Shown: positions 51,009 through 62,094 of the stretch, one piece after another | Layout of the letters: every line of letters begins with the position of its first letter | Numbering within the stretch: the first letter of the stretch is position 1 | NCBI GenBank assembly: GCA_963721455.1 | Contig: CAVRJG010000042.1 | Span: 1-64,000, forward strand | Length of the DNA stretch: 64,000 nt | Origin: an uncultured Methanosarcinaceae archaeon | Lineage (GTDB): Archaea > Halobacteriota > Methanosarcinia > Methanosarcinales > Methanosarcinaceae | Reading direction: 5' to 3' | The notes under the pieces: model-generated | Told to the model about the DNA's origin: nothing | The model's input: only the letters and a program-made list of their open reading frames with translations | The model's database searches: none | Made by a program: the position numbers and the translations under genes

Positions 51009-52508
51009 ATGGAAAATAACCCTAAAAGACAGACAGACAGGAAAGGAAAGGCAGGCAGGCCGAGCAAAATAGGCCGGACATCCAGGACAGATGCAGGTAA
51101 GACAGGTGGAACCGCATATGAACGCCTGAATAAAGCTCTCGCAGTCCATGAAAAAGCCCTTGCAAAAAACCCGGGTGACGCAGGCGCTTGGGCAGGGAAA
51201 GCCGCAGTTTATCTAAGACACAGGATGTATAAGGACTCCCTTAAAGCAATTGAAAAAGCCCTTGAAATCGAGCCTGAAAACCCGGCCCACATCTACGAAA
51301 AAGGTTTCTTGCTCCTGCAGCTTAACATGGAGGAAGCTGCCTTGCAGGCTTTTGACAAACTGCTTGAAATAAAACCTGACAGCGACAAAACCTGGAATAT
51401 CAAAACCTCAGTCCTCTGCAGGCTCGGAAAGCACGAAAAAGCCCTTGAAGCCTGTGAAAAAGCCCTTGCTGCCCATCCGAACCTTACGGGTGCCTGGCAC
51501 GCAAAGGGCTCTGCCCTTGCTGACCTCGGCAGGTACGAAGAAGCCATAAAAGCCTATGATGCCGCCCTCAAACTCGACCAGAAACTTGCCCGAACCTGGG
51601 AAGGCAAAGCCTTTGCCCTCTACAGCCTGAACAGGCCTGTAGAAGCCATGATAGCATATGACGCTGCCCTCAAAATAAACCCTGACAATGCAAAGACCTG
51701 GGTTGGGAAAAGCCTTGTCCACTTAAAGCTCGGCAAATATAAAAGAACCCTTGAGGCCTGCAACAAAGCGATCTCAATAAAGCCTGATTCTGCCGACGCC
51801 TGGTACTGCAAAGGTATGGCCCTTTCCGGTTTAGAAAAAGATGAAGAAGCCCTGAGAGCCATTGAAAGAGCCCTCAGGATCAATCCTGACTATGCCGATG
51901 CCAGACAAGCCAGAGCTTTCGTAAGCTCCAAACTCGGATTCGGTCAGGATGAAGACGAAGAGGAAATAAAAGAAAAAAAGCCGAAAGTAAGGAGGAGCGT
52001 ATGGACAAGGAAAGAACCAACAAGCGAGATACTAAAGAAAAATCGGAGCCCGGAAAGGGAGAAAAGAGGAGAAGGGACTAAGGGAAGCGAATGGACGAAG
52101 AAAGAGCCAAAAGAAGAGGGAACTGAGAAAAATCGGATCCAGGAAGAGCAAAGAGGAGAAGGGACTAAGGGACGAATGGACGAGAAGAGCCAAAAGAAGA
52201 GGGAACTGAGAAAAATCGGATTCAGGGGAGAGAGCAAAGAGGAGAAGGAACTAAGAGGAGTGAATGGACGAGGAAAGAGCCAAAAGAAGAGAGAACTGAG
52301 AAGAGTTGGGGTCAGAGAAGAGAGAAAAAGAAGTGACTTTTACTCTTTCCATAGTTTGGTTAGATGCTTAACCACCTGTTTATGTGTATCCCGAGTTCCG
52401 CTACCCGAGTTCCGCTCCCGAGTTCCGCTTCGGGAGCACGGGGTCCTTTTCGCTGCGCTCAAGAGGACTAATTTATGTAGTTTTAGCTTTTCCCTCCGAG
52501 AGGACTGA
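51009..52508 (+). CDS. TPR protein with charged repetitive C-terminal tail (3' end uncertain)
   Basis: About eight TPRs followed by Lys/Glu/Arg-rich repeats with indels. Confidence 0.8.
   Translation: MENNPKRQTDRKGKAGRPSKIGRTSRTDAGKTGGTAYERLNKALAVHEKALAKNPGDAGAWAGKAAVYLRHRMYKDSLKAIEKALEIEPENPAHIYEKGFLLLQLNMEEAALQAFDKLLEIKPDSDKTWNIKTSVLCRLGKHEKALEACEKALAAHPNLTGAWHAKGSALADLGRYEEAIKAYDAALKLDQKLARTWEGKAFALYSLNRPVEAMIAYDAALKINPDNAKTWVGKSLVHLKLGKYKRTLEACNKAISIKPDSADAWYCKGMALSGLEKDEEALRAIERALRINPDYADARQARAFVSSKLGFGQDEDEEEIKEKKPKVRRSVWTRKEPTSEILKKNRSPEREKRGEGTKGSEWTKKEPKEEGTEKNRIQEEQRGEGTKGRMDEKSQKKRELRKIGFRGESKEEKELRGVNGRGKSQKKRELRRVGVREERKRSDFYSFHSLVRCLTTCLCVSRVPLPEFRSRVPLREHGVLFAALKRTNLCSFSFSLRED
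51975..52330 (+). repeat. Degenerate ~80-bp coding repeats (about 4 units)
   Basis: Recurrent GAATGGACGA..AAAGAGCCAAAAGAAGAGGGAACTGAGAAAAATCGG..AGAGGAGAAGGGACTAAG. Confidence 0.7.
52390..52470. repeat. CCCGAGTTCCGCT x3 followed by CGGGAGCACGGGGTC..CGCTGCGCTCAAGAGGACT element
   Basis: Three 13-bp direct repeats; GC-rich structured segment in AT-rich context. Confidence 0.55.
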
Positions 52509-52779
52509 CTGAAGGGGATTATTACAAAATTACAGTTTTTCTGTGATTTCCGTTTTTTCCGGGGTCATGGAGTCTGGATTAGGTTTTTCCGTGCCTGTCT
52601 TATGGAATTATGAGAGTTAAAACCACGGGACAGACGCAAGTCCCTGATATTATGACTCTATTTTTTATATTAAACTTCGGCTACGATAACAACGTAATTT
52701 TTCCCGTATTTTTCGACACATGCGGGACAGGTAGTATTAAACTTAAACCTGTAAAGCAAGAGAGAATTAACTCAAATCA

Positions 52780-53451
52780 TATTACTTATGAAGATTACCA
52801 AAAACTTATCTAAGTTTGTCTTAATCAACGTGATAGAGCTATGATTGCTTTTTTGCTTGATAGCGGTGTAAGACGTGGAGAACTTCTTAAAATTAAATAC
52901 TGTGATGTCCAGTTTGAAAATGATGGTATAATTGTATATGTTCCTAGAGCTAAAACAAGTCCAAGAAGAGTATATTGTGTTTGGTGCACACAAGAAATGT
53001 ATCACTGGTACATGCAGCACCCATTAAAAGAACCTGATAGTTACTTCTTCTGTAGTAATCCTCCTCCACAGGGAAAACTAATGAAAATGGATACTAGGAA
53101 AAATTACACGATATTGAAGAAGGTCAGGAATGCCTAAAATTGATGGTGATTTTGAAGCCCATTTAGTTGCCCTTAGTTGCAGTGCCCCTGAAGGTTTTGA
53201 ATACACCCCAACATGGAAGCTGGCTGAATATGGGATTGAAGAAGTACTTACAGGCAATGTTTAAAAAGGGCATGGAAAACTAAGTGAAAATGGATTCTGG
53301 GAATAATTACACGATATTGCAGAAAGGGCAGGAATGCCTAAAATTCAGGCTCATCTTTTCAGGCATTCATCTGCCACCATATTTGCAGCACTTGAAGGTA
53401 TGACAGATCAGAAACTTAAGTACAGGTATGGTTGGACTCCAAGCTCTAAAA
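52780..53451 (+). pseudogene. Tyrosine recombinase/integrase remnant
   Basis: LLDSGVRRGEL (catalytic R), AKT, AHLFRHSSAT (HxxR), YGW; broken by frameshifts and a ~70-bp internal duplication (53071-53141 / 53274-53345). Confidence 0.8.
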
Positions 53452-53509
53452 TTTTAGACAATTGAAGGTTTAATGCTATTGATTTCTCAGTCCAACCGCG
53501 TAAGTTCTA
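53452..53509 (-). mobile_element. Partial TAGGACTTACGCA-type MITE truncating the integrase
   Basis: GGTTTAATGCTATTGATTTCTCAG..CGTAAGTTCTA matches the reverse complement of the 31903 element. Confidence 0.75.
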
Positions 53510-53572
53510 GTATATTTATAAATCGGAAAGATACGGGACCAAGGAGAAAGCACTTCTAAAACGGGTGATGCT

Positions 53573-54202
53573 TTGAAAGCTGTCAAAATCCGGATTTCAC
53601 AGAGAGAACAGGACTTCTGCAAATGGATGTGGTGTGGCCTATTGTCTTTTGCTGTAAGGGTCGGCCGGATTATCGCAAAAGTTATTGACTTCTATGCTTT
53701 CCCGGAAGCAATGGATTCGTTATGGCAAGCTGTTAAGTCTAATACCCGAAGTCTTACCCCAGTAGAGGAACAGGAAGCCCGAAGCGTATTTGGAGATAGC
53801 ATCATTTATTCGCAGGTGCGTATCGACGAATGTTCGCTCATTGCCCGAATCGGAGCGAAAATAAACAGGTGCTCGGGTATGGGTATTACAACCTTCCATA
53901 CTATCAATTTCAATCGAAAGATTAACACGGCAGCAGATAACTCCGAAATGAAGTGGCTTATTCATGAGTTAACCCATGTTGCGCAAATGAAGTATGTTGG
54001 TTCGCAATATCTTATTGAAGCAATTCATGCGCAAGCAAGCTTGGGGTATGCGTACAGGCTTGGTGCAAAAAAGCATTTGCGTGATTATAATCGCGAGCAG
54101 CAAGCTTCGATTGTTGCGGACTATTATATTGCACACAGTTCAGGCGGTTCAACTGCAGCTTATGATCCTTATATCGCAGAATTGAAAGCCGGGGAATTAT
54201 AA
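53573..54202 (+). CDS. DUF4157-like (eCIS core / zincin HExxH) domain protein, possibly N-terminally truncated
   Basis: RSLTPVE..ARSVFGDSI, WLIHELTHVAQ, YNREQQASIVADYY. Confidence 0.75.
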   Translation: MKAVKIRISQREQDFCKWMWCGLLSFAVRVGRIIAKVIDFYAFPEAMDSLWQAVKSNTRSLTPVEEQEARSVFGDSIIYSQVRIDECSLIARIGAKINRCSGMGITTFHTINFNRKINTAADNSEMKWLIHELTHVAQMKYVGSQYLIEAIHAQASLGYAYRLGAKKHLRDYNREQQASIVADYYIAHSSGGSTAAYDPYIAELKAGEL

Positions 54203-54510
54203 ACGGCGAATAAACAGCAGCATATTCACAATGCCTTCGAAAAACTGATCCAGGTCTATCGCCTTTGTCCTCCAGAAGAGTGTCATGTAACAAAGAGAAA
54301 TATATCAGTACGAAAATACTCAGAATATTGAAAGAATTCAATTGTTGAAAATAATTTTTCAGTTGAAAAGTAACTACACAAAATAGATAATCATCGATTT
54401 TGAATGTGATTCCCCACGATAAATCTTTTCAAATATTATATGTGTTGTATCAATTTAGAACGTAACTATAAATTACCCACTCGAAATAGCGAAGAGCCTC
54501 TTTTTTAACC

Positions 54511-54750
54511 TTATTGGAGAACTTTGAGGATTTCATCCGTTTTCCGTACCCTGCCTATTCTTTTGAATATGAAGTTCACTGCTGCGTTGTGTTGTTCCTC
54601 AGATCTGGAGGTCATAGCATCTTCGGCAAAAATCTGTTGAAATCCATACTCGCAGGCAAAACGTGCTGTACTCTCGATGCCAAAGTCGGTTGCAATTCCA
54701 CAGAGTACGATCGTGTTCATTCCACGCCACCGTAGCTGGAGTTCCATATA
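54511..54750 (-). pseudogene. Isochorismatase/cysteine hydrolase C-terminal fragment
   Basis: TIVLCGIATDFGIESTARFA.EYGF...AEDA; N-terminus replaced by IS66 DNA. Confidence 0.75.
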
Positions 54751-55168
54751 CGATGCAATAATGCAAGAAGGAATTGAAGAAAATCCACCTCCCGACAACT
54801 CTAAGGATCAGGCGAAAAAGAGAGGAAGAACGGCACAAACAAAAGCAAAGAATCTTCTGGATAGGTTCATATTACACAAGGAACGGATTCTGCGATTCCT
54901 CAATAACCTGAGAGTTTCGTTTGATAACAATCAAGCAGAGAGATATCAGGATGATGAAGCTACAACAGAAAATTTCGGGAACTTTCCGAAGTATAGAAGG
55001 AGCGGTAGCTTTCTGCAGAATTAGAGCATACATATCCTCAATTAAAAAGAATGACCTCAATGTCATGGATGCTATCCTAGCGGCGCTCAATGGAGCGCCG
55101 CTATTATCCTGAGAATTGCAGCATTTTGCTGAAAAAACATACTTTTTTATCAGTGGCTGAATAGTTAC
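54751..55168 (+). mobile_element. IS66-family transposase 3' remnant with right end
   Basis: ILRFL..LRVSFDNNQAER/DIRMMKLQQKISGTFRS..AFCRIRAYIS; terminal GGCTGAATAGTTAC. Confidence 0.8.
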
Positions 55169-55378
55169 CAGTAATTTACCTCAATAATCACTCCAAAATT
55201 CTTAAAATGCCTACCTTTATTGATAAACGTCGCTATCTTGGGTGATCTTCTCATTTGGGAAAACATTGAAAAAAGTGAAAAGTTTGGTATGGAAAATAGA
55301 TTAGAATTTTTGTTAATGAGTGCAGTTTAGAAATGTTTTACCCTTTCGCGTTGCTCTCCTGTTTTTCCTGGGTATGGT

Positions 55379-55609
55379 TTAGGGCTTCTCTAAAGTACCC
55401 GCTTGCATGGCCCTTACTTCCTCCAATCCAATTGCCTCTCCGCCTACCCCCCAGCTTCCGCTCTTTACTTCCTGGACTACTACCAATGTAAAACTACGGA
55501 GATTTTCTCCCATGAACGAGACTACAACGTCTGTAACGTCCTTGATAAGCTTCTTGATCTCTTCCTCGGAGAATACACCTTCAATGAGTTTGATATCAAC
55601 AAGTGGCAT
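55379..55609 (-). CDS. 4-oxalocrotonate tautomerase family protein
   Basis: N-terminal catalytic Pro (MPLVDIKLIEG), WGVGG; GGAGGT RBS. Confidence 0.9.
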   Translation of the reverse strand: MPLVDIKLIEGVFSEEEIKKLIKDVTDVVVSFMGENLRSFTLVVVQEVKSGSWGVGGEAIGLEEVRAMQAGTLEKP

Positions 55610-55778
55610 CTCTTTCTACCTCCATATGTACAGTTTAGACTTTTATATCCACGTTTTTATTTAACCCAGTTATATAATATTTCCTTCTATAAATACACTA
55701 TTTACAAAGAGAATCAGAAAGTGTTTTTCAGGGGTTATTAAGTCTTAAAAAACATATTAAATACTTTTTTGGTACTTT

Positions 55779-57260
55779 CAGTAGTTCCGATCAGACTTAC
55801 TTCCGAATAACAAAAACATATTGATTTTACTTTTTACCCATCAATTGGGTATTTTTACATATCCCGCCAAAAAGGGTCCTTAGCGCTTTGTAGACAAAGA
55901 TAATTTTTTATCGAGTGATTTTATAGCATAAGCTATTAAGTTAGTAATTTTTTATTCAATGCAAGTTATATTGTAGTTAATCGAGTGCGTAGCACTCGAT
56001 TTCTTTCTTCATTAAACCATCTTAAACATTCCAGTAATACCTTAACCGGAATAAAATTCAACGACTTTAGCCCATATCTAAAAGCTTTGTTTATGTCTTC
56101 ATTTATTAATGATTTTAGCTCATAAGCCGTAATTTCAATAACTGACTTTAGCATATTTAGAACATTGTACATGATGCATTGAATAACAAAGAATAATACT
56201 CTTGCTACTGGAGATTTTGTACATGTTCGTATCTTGAAGTCGTTTTTACTCTATAGCCAGTTTCTATGTTCCATCTTTTTCTGTATTCTTCAGGAATTGT
56301 CTTTTCAAATTTCTCAGTTGATTCTGCCTCTTTGTTTGTAGCAAACAGGATGTACCTTTCCCTTTTATCATCATATATTGCAACAATATTGAAGGAAGGT
56401 CCTCCTTGCTTAAATTGATATTCAAAAATAGTTGAAGTATTTCCCCACTCTTTTTGATGATTTTTAAGTTCTCTATTGATAACCTGATTTGATTTAGCTG
56501 CTATAACAAAATTGACTTTAAGTTCATCTAATTTTGAAATCACAGCTCTGTTACAAAATTCTTTGTCCAGGTATGCTGTCCCTGTTTCTACACCTATTGT
56601 CTTAAGTCTTTCGAATAAAGATTCGATGAATAGAGAATAATTCTTGTTCAAACTATTAATGTCGATTACGTCAAGTGTCAAGTGAGAAGTTCCAATTATA
56701 TCCAGGGTACAGAACGATTTACCCCATGAACTGCCATTCTTTGGTTTTATTCCCCTAATACCAGGGAGTATTTTTGTCTCCATAAAATGGAACGTCATGA
56801 AAATCAATAGCTATGTCATGAACAGTGTTTTCAAGTTTCATCATCTTGAAAATCTCAAAATTCATTTTTCTGAAAGCGGAAAGAGCATCTTCAATATTAT
56901 TGTCTTTGATGTAATTGAAAATAGTATCTGCTGAGGGAATTCTTAAGTCAGGATTTTTGCTTTTGAGGTCATTACTTGCAGATTCAAGAGAGTTTGTAGA
57001 AGATGTTGAGGCATGTAACAACACGTTTAGAATGTCCTGACATTCATAATTTGCAGATTCTGGCAAAGTTATTATATCATATTCGCGAAACAATTCAGAG
57101 GATACCGCCAGCAAGCTGGCTGTATCTATGGCCATGGAGTCGTTTTTGGTTGGCATCACAAACGAATTCCATGGTTCATTAGATCTTTTTTTCGGTAAAT
57201 CATAAATATTTGATGAATGTCAAATTAAGCATTCGGAACTTGGGTTATTCGGAACTACTG
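55779..57260 (-). mobile_element. ISH3-family insertion sequence with frameshifted transposase
   Basis: TIRs CAGTAGTTCCGA / TCGGAACTACTG; motifs IAIDFHDVPFYG, YLDKEF, YRKRWNIETGYRV. Confidence 0.85.
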
Positions 57261-57443
57261 GTACATATGATAATTCTAATGATGCAGGCAAATCAAAAGA
57301 CTAAAATGAAGGCAGTTGGCGCGTAGATCTCAACGATACGCTAAGCATAGCAAAATGTACTTACGCATCTGGTATTATAATACTAGAGCAATAAAATGAA
57401 ATAAGAAAAACTTAATCGAAAATTAAAATAAAGAGGTGTATCT

Positions 57444-57620
57444 ATGGTTGAGGTTAAAAGAGTGTGCAAAACAGCTTCAAAAATAGCTTTTGGTGTTGTT
57501 GTGGGCGCCGGTTTAATTGGTTTTGTTAAAGGCGTATGTGTAGGCTGTTTAATTTGTCATTACAAAGATAAGTGTTGTTGGCATAACATAAAATGTACTG
57601 ATAAGACAGATAAAGAGTAA
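57444..57620 (+). CDS. 58-aa Cys-rich small membrane protein (missing from ORF track)
   Basis: MVEVKRVCKTASKIAFGVVVGAGLIGFVKGVCVGCLICHYKDKCCWHNIKCTDKTDKE; GAGGTG RBS. Confidence 0.6.
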   Translation: MVEVKRVCKTASKIAFGVVVGAGLIGFVKGVCVGCLICHYKDKCCWHNIKCTDKTDKE

Positions 57621-57743
57621 AAATAATAGAGGTGGGTTTATACGTGGTGTTAAAAGAGTATCTCTGTTGTCATCGGTTAACGAATTTTATGCACAACTTC
57701 GAATACCACGTATAGTGGTTTTCCAATATAATTCTTACAGGTT

Positions 57744-57830
57744 GTCTTAAAATTCAAACCATTTCTACAGTTGGATAATGGCAACGTTAACTTTAAATTC
57801 ATATCGTAAATTTTTCCTAAAGATGGGACA
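57744..57830. mobile_element. Partial MITE, homologous to the 37912 element
   Basis: TGTCTTAAAATTCAAACCATTT..TTGGATAATG.CAAC.TTAACTT. Confidence 0.55.
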
Positions 57831-57890
57831 TAAGTCGAGAAGCTCTACTATTGATGAGATTATCCTCATAGCTTATGGAGAAGATAAAGA

Positions 57891-58196
57891 ATGTCAGTAG
57901 GATACTTAACTTATCGACCGGGCGATATGATTCCAGTCAACAACGAACTGTTAAATAAATTTGAGATATACAGAGAGAATCGATCTCAAGCTCAGACGAT
58001 TCGGGATCTATTATGTGCGGCATTGGGCGTGCAACTGAGCAAGATAGATCTCAGTCACGGTCACGTTCAAAAAATAAATACAAGGATAGAAATGGCACTC
58101 GAAAAGGAAAGAAGTAAACGCGGGACATCTAAAAGAGAAACGGTTAGGCAGCTTGTCAGTGAACAGTTGGATGAAATAAATGGAGCAAGAGGTTAA
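57891..58196 (+). CDS. Hypothetical protein, possible tandem ribbon-helix-helix DNA-binding protein
   Basis: Two similar segments SQAQTIRDLL and SKRETVRQLV; GGAG RBS. Confidence 0.5.
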   Translation: MSVGYLTYRPGDMIPVNNELLNKFEIYRENRSQAQTIRDLLCAALGVQLSKIDLSHGHVQKINTRIEMALEKERSKRGTSKRETVRQLVSEQLDEINGARG

Positions 58197-58417
58197 ATTC
58201 TGAGTATTTTTAATTTTTTCTTGTTTGGTTTAATTTTCGGTCTTGGGGGCTAGTAATTGAAAACCAGAAGTATAAGAATGTATTTAGATTTTTTCAAACA
58301 CGGTGATGTGCTCGTTTTTCCACATTAAATCAGTGATTCCCAACGATCTAAAAACCAGTAAACCAGAAAAAGAAAAAATTATGATAAAAAATTTAAAAGA
58401 GATATACGGAAAGTAGT

Positions 58418-58660
58418 TTAAAGCTTGATTTCTTTAGCCATTTGCTGAAAAACCTTTCCTTTGTCAGTGGTAATGAAAAGCCCGTTTTCGTACCTGATGA
58501 GTTCTTTTTCGTTCAACATTTCCAGATATTTCTGCGCAATATTAAAGTTCAGATTCACCTCATACACAATATGGGTTTTTTTTGCTCCACTCATTGCTAC
58601 TCTTAAAATATTTTCTGCGATATCAGTCCTGCTCCTTCTCTTAATACTACTCCTCCCCAC
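58418..58660 (-). CDS. Archaeal winged-helix transcriptional regulator (HTH_45-like)
   Basis: RRSRTDI..IL...GAKKTHIVY.VNLNF...KYL..L...LI...TTDKG. Confidence 0.85.
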   Translation of the reverse strand: MGRSSIKRRSRTDIAENILRVAMSGAKKTHIVYEVNLNFNIAQKYLEMLNEKELIRYENGLFITTDKGKVFQQMAKEIKL

Positions 58661-59561
58661 AGTGGATTAAAAATAATCTTTGCAACAATTCCACGCCCCA
58701 AATATATCTCAAAACATGTCTTTTAATAGGCAATAAAGATTCTAAATATCAATCATTTCCTTTCTATATAACAATATCTATTTTATATAAAATGTCAAGT
58801 TATAATCGGACTTTGAAATATATTACTAATTAACAAGTATTTTATTACAAAAACGCATTGTATCGATACAGGGGATTTATAAAAAATGAAAAGTGTCCGA
58901 CATCAAAAAACACAAAATAGAACTTTGAATTGTACAAAGAAAACCGAAGCATGGAGCCGATTTATGCATAATAAAATGTATGCTTCTGTCAAATTAGGGT
59001 TAAATTATGAAAGACTTATGAAGATAAGCGGAATGCCAAGTAGCTCAGGTCAGAGATGCAAAGTTGGCTGTTTATGAGGATGTGGGTGAAGTAGCCGACA
59101 AGATCATGAGGTTAAAAAATAAGCTGTGGAGGTGAAACAAAGGCAAAACGACAGTGAAAGCGAAAAAGGTAGGCATAAGCCATAATCATTTGCCCACTGC
59201 ACGTTGGTTAACCCGAAAGATAATCTATTACTCCAGAATCGGCACAACGCTTGGCTAAAAGGATAACCGAGCGCTTGTCGAGCTTAATTTTGGAATAGTA
59301 AAGGATAATGGGCAAAAGTATAACCAGCCTTGATTGAATTGCTCTAGACCGTTAAAAAGAAACTGAGATGATTGTCCTGTTCAGGAAAACATAGGTTAAT
59401 ATTTTGTAGCAAATTCTCTTGAGTTAATATGGCACATATTCTGGAGATGTTTATAACTTCCAAGATGAGTAGTATAAATTTGTTTTTTAAAATTCCTGCA
59501 TCTTATCTTTAGCTTTGCAAATCGGGCAATCAATGCTACTAACAATGTTCATAAATATCAA

Positions 59562-60452
59562 TCATATTATATTCTTCGCTTCATTAATCATATCAATGCA
59601 AAATTTTTTAGTTTCGAATGCTAATCGAGGGCTAAAGACTTCTGGGTTCAATATCAAATCATTATTAACACTATTTATTTTATTAAAGACTGATAGCCAA
59701 GGAACAGCATCTCTAATTGTTGGAGCTTTCGTGTGTGAATTATGTATATGGCATCCTTTTATCGATTCGTCAGGTATCAATTCAATGTTATCGATAAAAT
59801 GACTACTTATATTATTAGAATAATCCTTAGAAACTTGTGTATACATCGCACTAAAATCTACAACAAAGCCGATATACTTCTGATATAATGGATAATTCTT
59901 AATTAGATAATCCCAAAATTCTTTCATCTGTATGCCATTTGATATTACATGTTCGGTTCTATTTTCAATGAGAATTATTGGCTTTACTTTAAATTCGTCT
60001 TTAAAGTTATTAAATAATTTAATAGCAGATTCAGCAATATATTGGTTTGTATTAGGCTTTTTTCCGGGATGGATTTCTATCATGGTAGGAGGCAATCCCA
60101 TATGCCTAGCAATATCGATATTCATCTTTATAAACCGCTTTACCCACGGTTCACTATACCATTTTAAATAGCATTTAGAGGCTAAAGCAGGTTCTGTATG
60201 AAAAATATATTTGATACCTCTTGGAAGTTTATCGTCTTTCGAATATAATTTATTTATAGCTTCTTCAGTTAGAAATTCACACTTATTTAATCCTAAAAAC
60301 TGAGTTTCGTTCTTTTTGACAAAATTAGCAGGTACCTCTAAGAAATCAAAACTATATTTTTTTGCGTTTTCCCATCGATTAAGTAATCCTCCTCTAGAAT
60401 TTTTAGAATTAAAACTCCTTACACTAGGAAATACGAACCATATTTCACCCAT
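59562..60452 (-). CDS. AT-rich hypothetical TIM-barrel protein (xylose isomerase / AP-endonuclease-like)
   Basis: IEIHPG, ILIENR, FVVDF, GCHIH, NPEV metal-ligand-like motifs. Confidence 0.6.
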   Translation of the reverse strand: MGEIWFVFPSVRSFNSKNSRGGLLNRWENAKKYSFDFLEVPANFVKKNETQFLGLNKCEFLTEEAINKLYSKDDKLPRGIKYIFHTEPALASKCYLKWYSEPWVKRFIKMNIDIARHMGLPPTMIEIHPGKKPNTNQYIAESAIKLFNNFKDEFKVKPIILIENRTEHVISNGIQMKEFWDYLIKNYPLYQKYIGFVVDFSAMYTQVSKDYSNNISSHFIDNIELIPDESIKGCHIHNSHTKAPTIRDAVPWLSVFNKINSVNNDLILNPEVFSPRLAFETKKFCIDMINEAKNII

Positions 60453-60648
60453 ACATATCCGAATAATAACTATTATTTAATAACTTATTAAACTTTTGCA
60501 GCCTTTAGAGAAACGCCTATTATTGGCCTTATCCTGACGATGGTCAAATATAACTTTCCTGTCCTAACTTACATGTACACCGAATAAGATATTTTTCATT
60601 GTAAATAAGCTTGGAATTTAAGTTAAAGAATGTTTAAAAGAAAGGACA

Positions 60649-61059
60649 ATGGCTACAGGCACTTATCATAAATTTAATTTTTTGAAGTTCAGGATGTTGG
60701 AGGCATTGTTTGATGCATATCCTGCTTCCCTTACCTCCAAAGCGATTGCAGATAATGGAGATATCGAGCTAAAAAAGGTGGCCGACGCTTTAAACCATTA
60801 TATTGCAGGCAACTACTCTTATATCACGAGGCTAAAGAAGAAATCTAACGAGGGCAAATACAGGTACAAAATCAATACTAGCGGGGCTGAAGCCTACCTC
60901 CAATATAAGCACCGTATAAAGCTTGGCTTTGATTTAAACCGCCATAGAAGGGTTCCAAAACGCGTTGATTCCTATTATGACATGACCAAAAAAGGCGCAT
61001 TAGAGCTTGGTCTGGTTTGGGCTGATGAAGAGGCACAGCCAATCGCGAAAAACGGGTAA
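60649..61059 (+). CDS. Winged-helix hypothetical protein
   Basis: LTSKAIAD..IELKKVADAL..Y....YITR...YRYKIN..G pattern. Confidence 0.55.
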   Translation: MATGTYHKFNFLKFRMLEALFDAYPASLTSKAIADNGDIELKKVADALNHYIAGNYSYITRLKKKSNEGKYRYKINTSGAEAYLQYKHRIKLGFDLNRHRRVPKRVDSYYDMTKKGALELGLVWADEEAQPIAKNG

Positions 61060-61323
61060 TGCTCGAAGAAGCGACAGACTAATTTTTTGCTGATTTTTCG
61101 ATCAAAATTTAGATTCATTCACTTCGAATACTTGTCTCCACTACCGGCTCAAGCTGAAAACCCTCTTTTATAATTCCGAGCGGCTTTTTTGAGTCGATTT
61201 TTGGATCAGAAACGGATTATGAAATACATATCAAACCAAAAAATAAGCCTATTAATAGCTTTTTTGTGGCTTTTAACTTTGTTTACCACCTTAATAATTA
61301 TTTTAGCTGACTTGCTCTCGATC

Positions 61324-61749
61324 TCATTCTCTAATATGGTGTTCCCAGGTAATTTCCATTGTTTCTCTAAACAGCGCTGCAACGGGACAAGTATGCATTA
61401 TAGCGTCCTCAATTATCTCAGCGACGGTGAGATCATCCACGTCGCCGGAAAGAGTAATTATAAGATGTAGCTTCTCAAAAATTCGTGATGGTGATTTGCT
61501 CTTGGTGCCATCGACCTTCATTGAAAAAGAGTCCAGTTTAAAACCTTTCCCGGAAATATCCATGATCGTCTTAATACCAATGCATCCGCCTAGAGCAGTA
61601 ACCAGATAATCTACCGGATTTGGAGCTTTACCGCTTCCACCCATAAAAGCAGGTGGCTCTAAGGGAATTTTGCAGCCAGTACTGTTCTCTGCAATAAACT
61701 GCATTTCGCCTTTATATGACATAGTTATAAGAGTATCATTTTCGGACAT
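61324..61749 (-). CDS. OsmC family protein
   Basis: MGGSG.APNPVDYLVTALGGC and TCPV cysteines. Confidence 0.88.
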   Translation of the reverse strand: MSENDTLITMSYKGEMQFIAENSTGCKIPLEPPAFMGGSGKAPNPVDYLVTALGGCIGIKTIMDISGKGFKLDSFSMKVDGTKSKSPSRIFEKLHLIITLSGDVDDLTVAEIIEDAIMHTCPVAALFRETMEITWEHHIRE

Positions 61750-62094
61750 GCAAACACCTTACTCCATTCTTAAAGCAGATATGATCTGAAGGAATAAGAT
61801 ATCGAATATCTGGAGGTAAAATCCAAACTTGATTCTTTGAAGATTTGATGAATACCATAACTCAAAATATTCGTAATAAAATTATAAAATTGGTATTATC
61901 TGCTAAACTGTAAATTCTAATTACCCAGGGTAATTGTCGGACAGCCTGTAAAGGACAGGGTATTCGTGACCCTCCGCGCTCCCGAAGTAATAAAATCAAT
62001 TCACCGAAATTTGCCCATCGGATTTTATAAAGATGGATATCGAGGTTGTTTTGCTTGGGCTGAATAGTTATAAAAATTTAAACTAATTTCCTCA

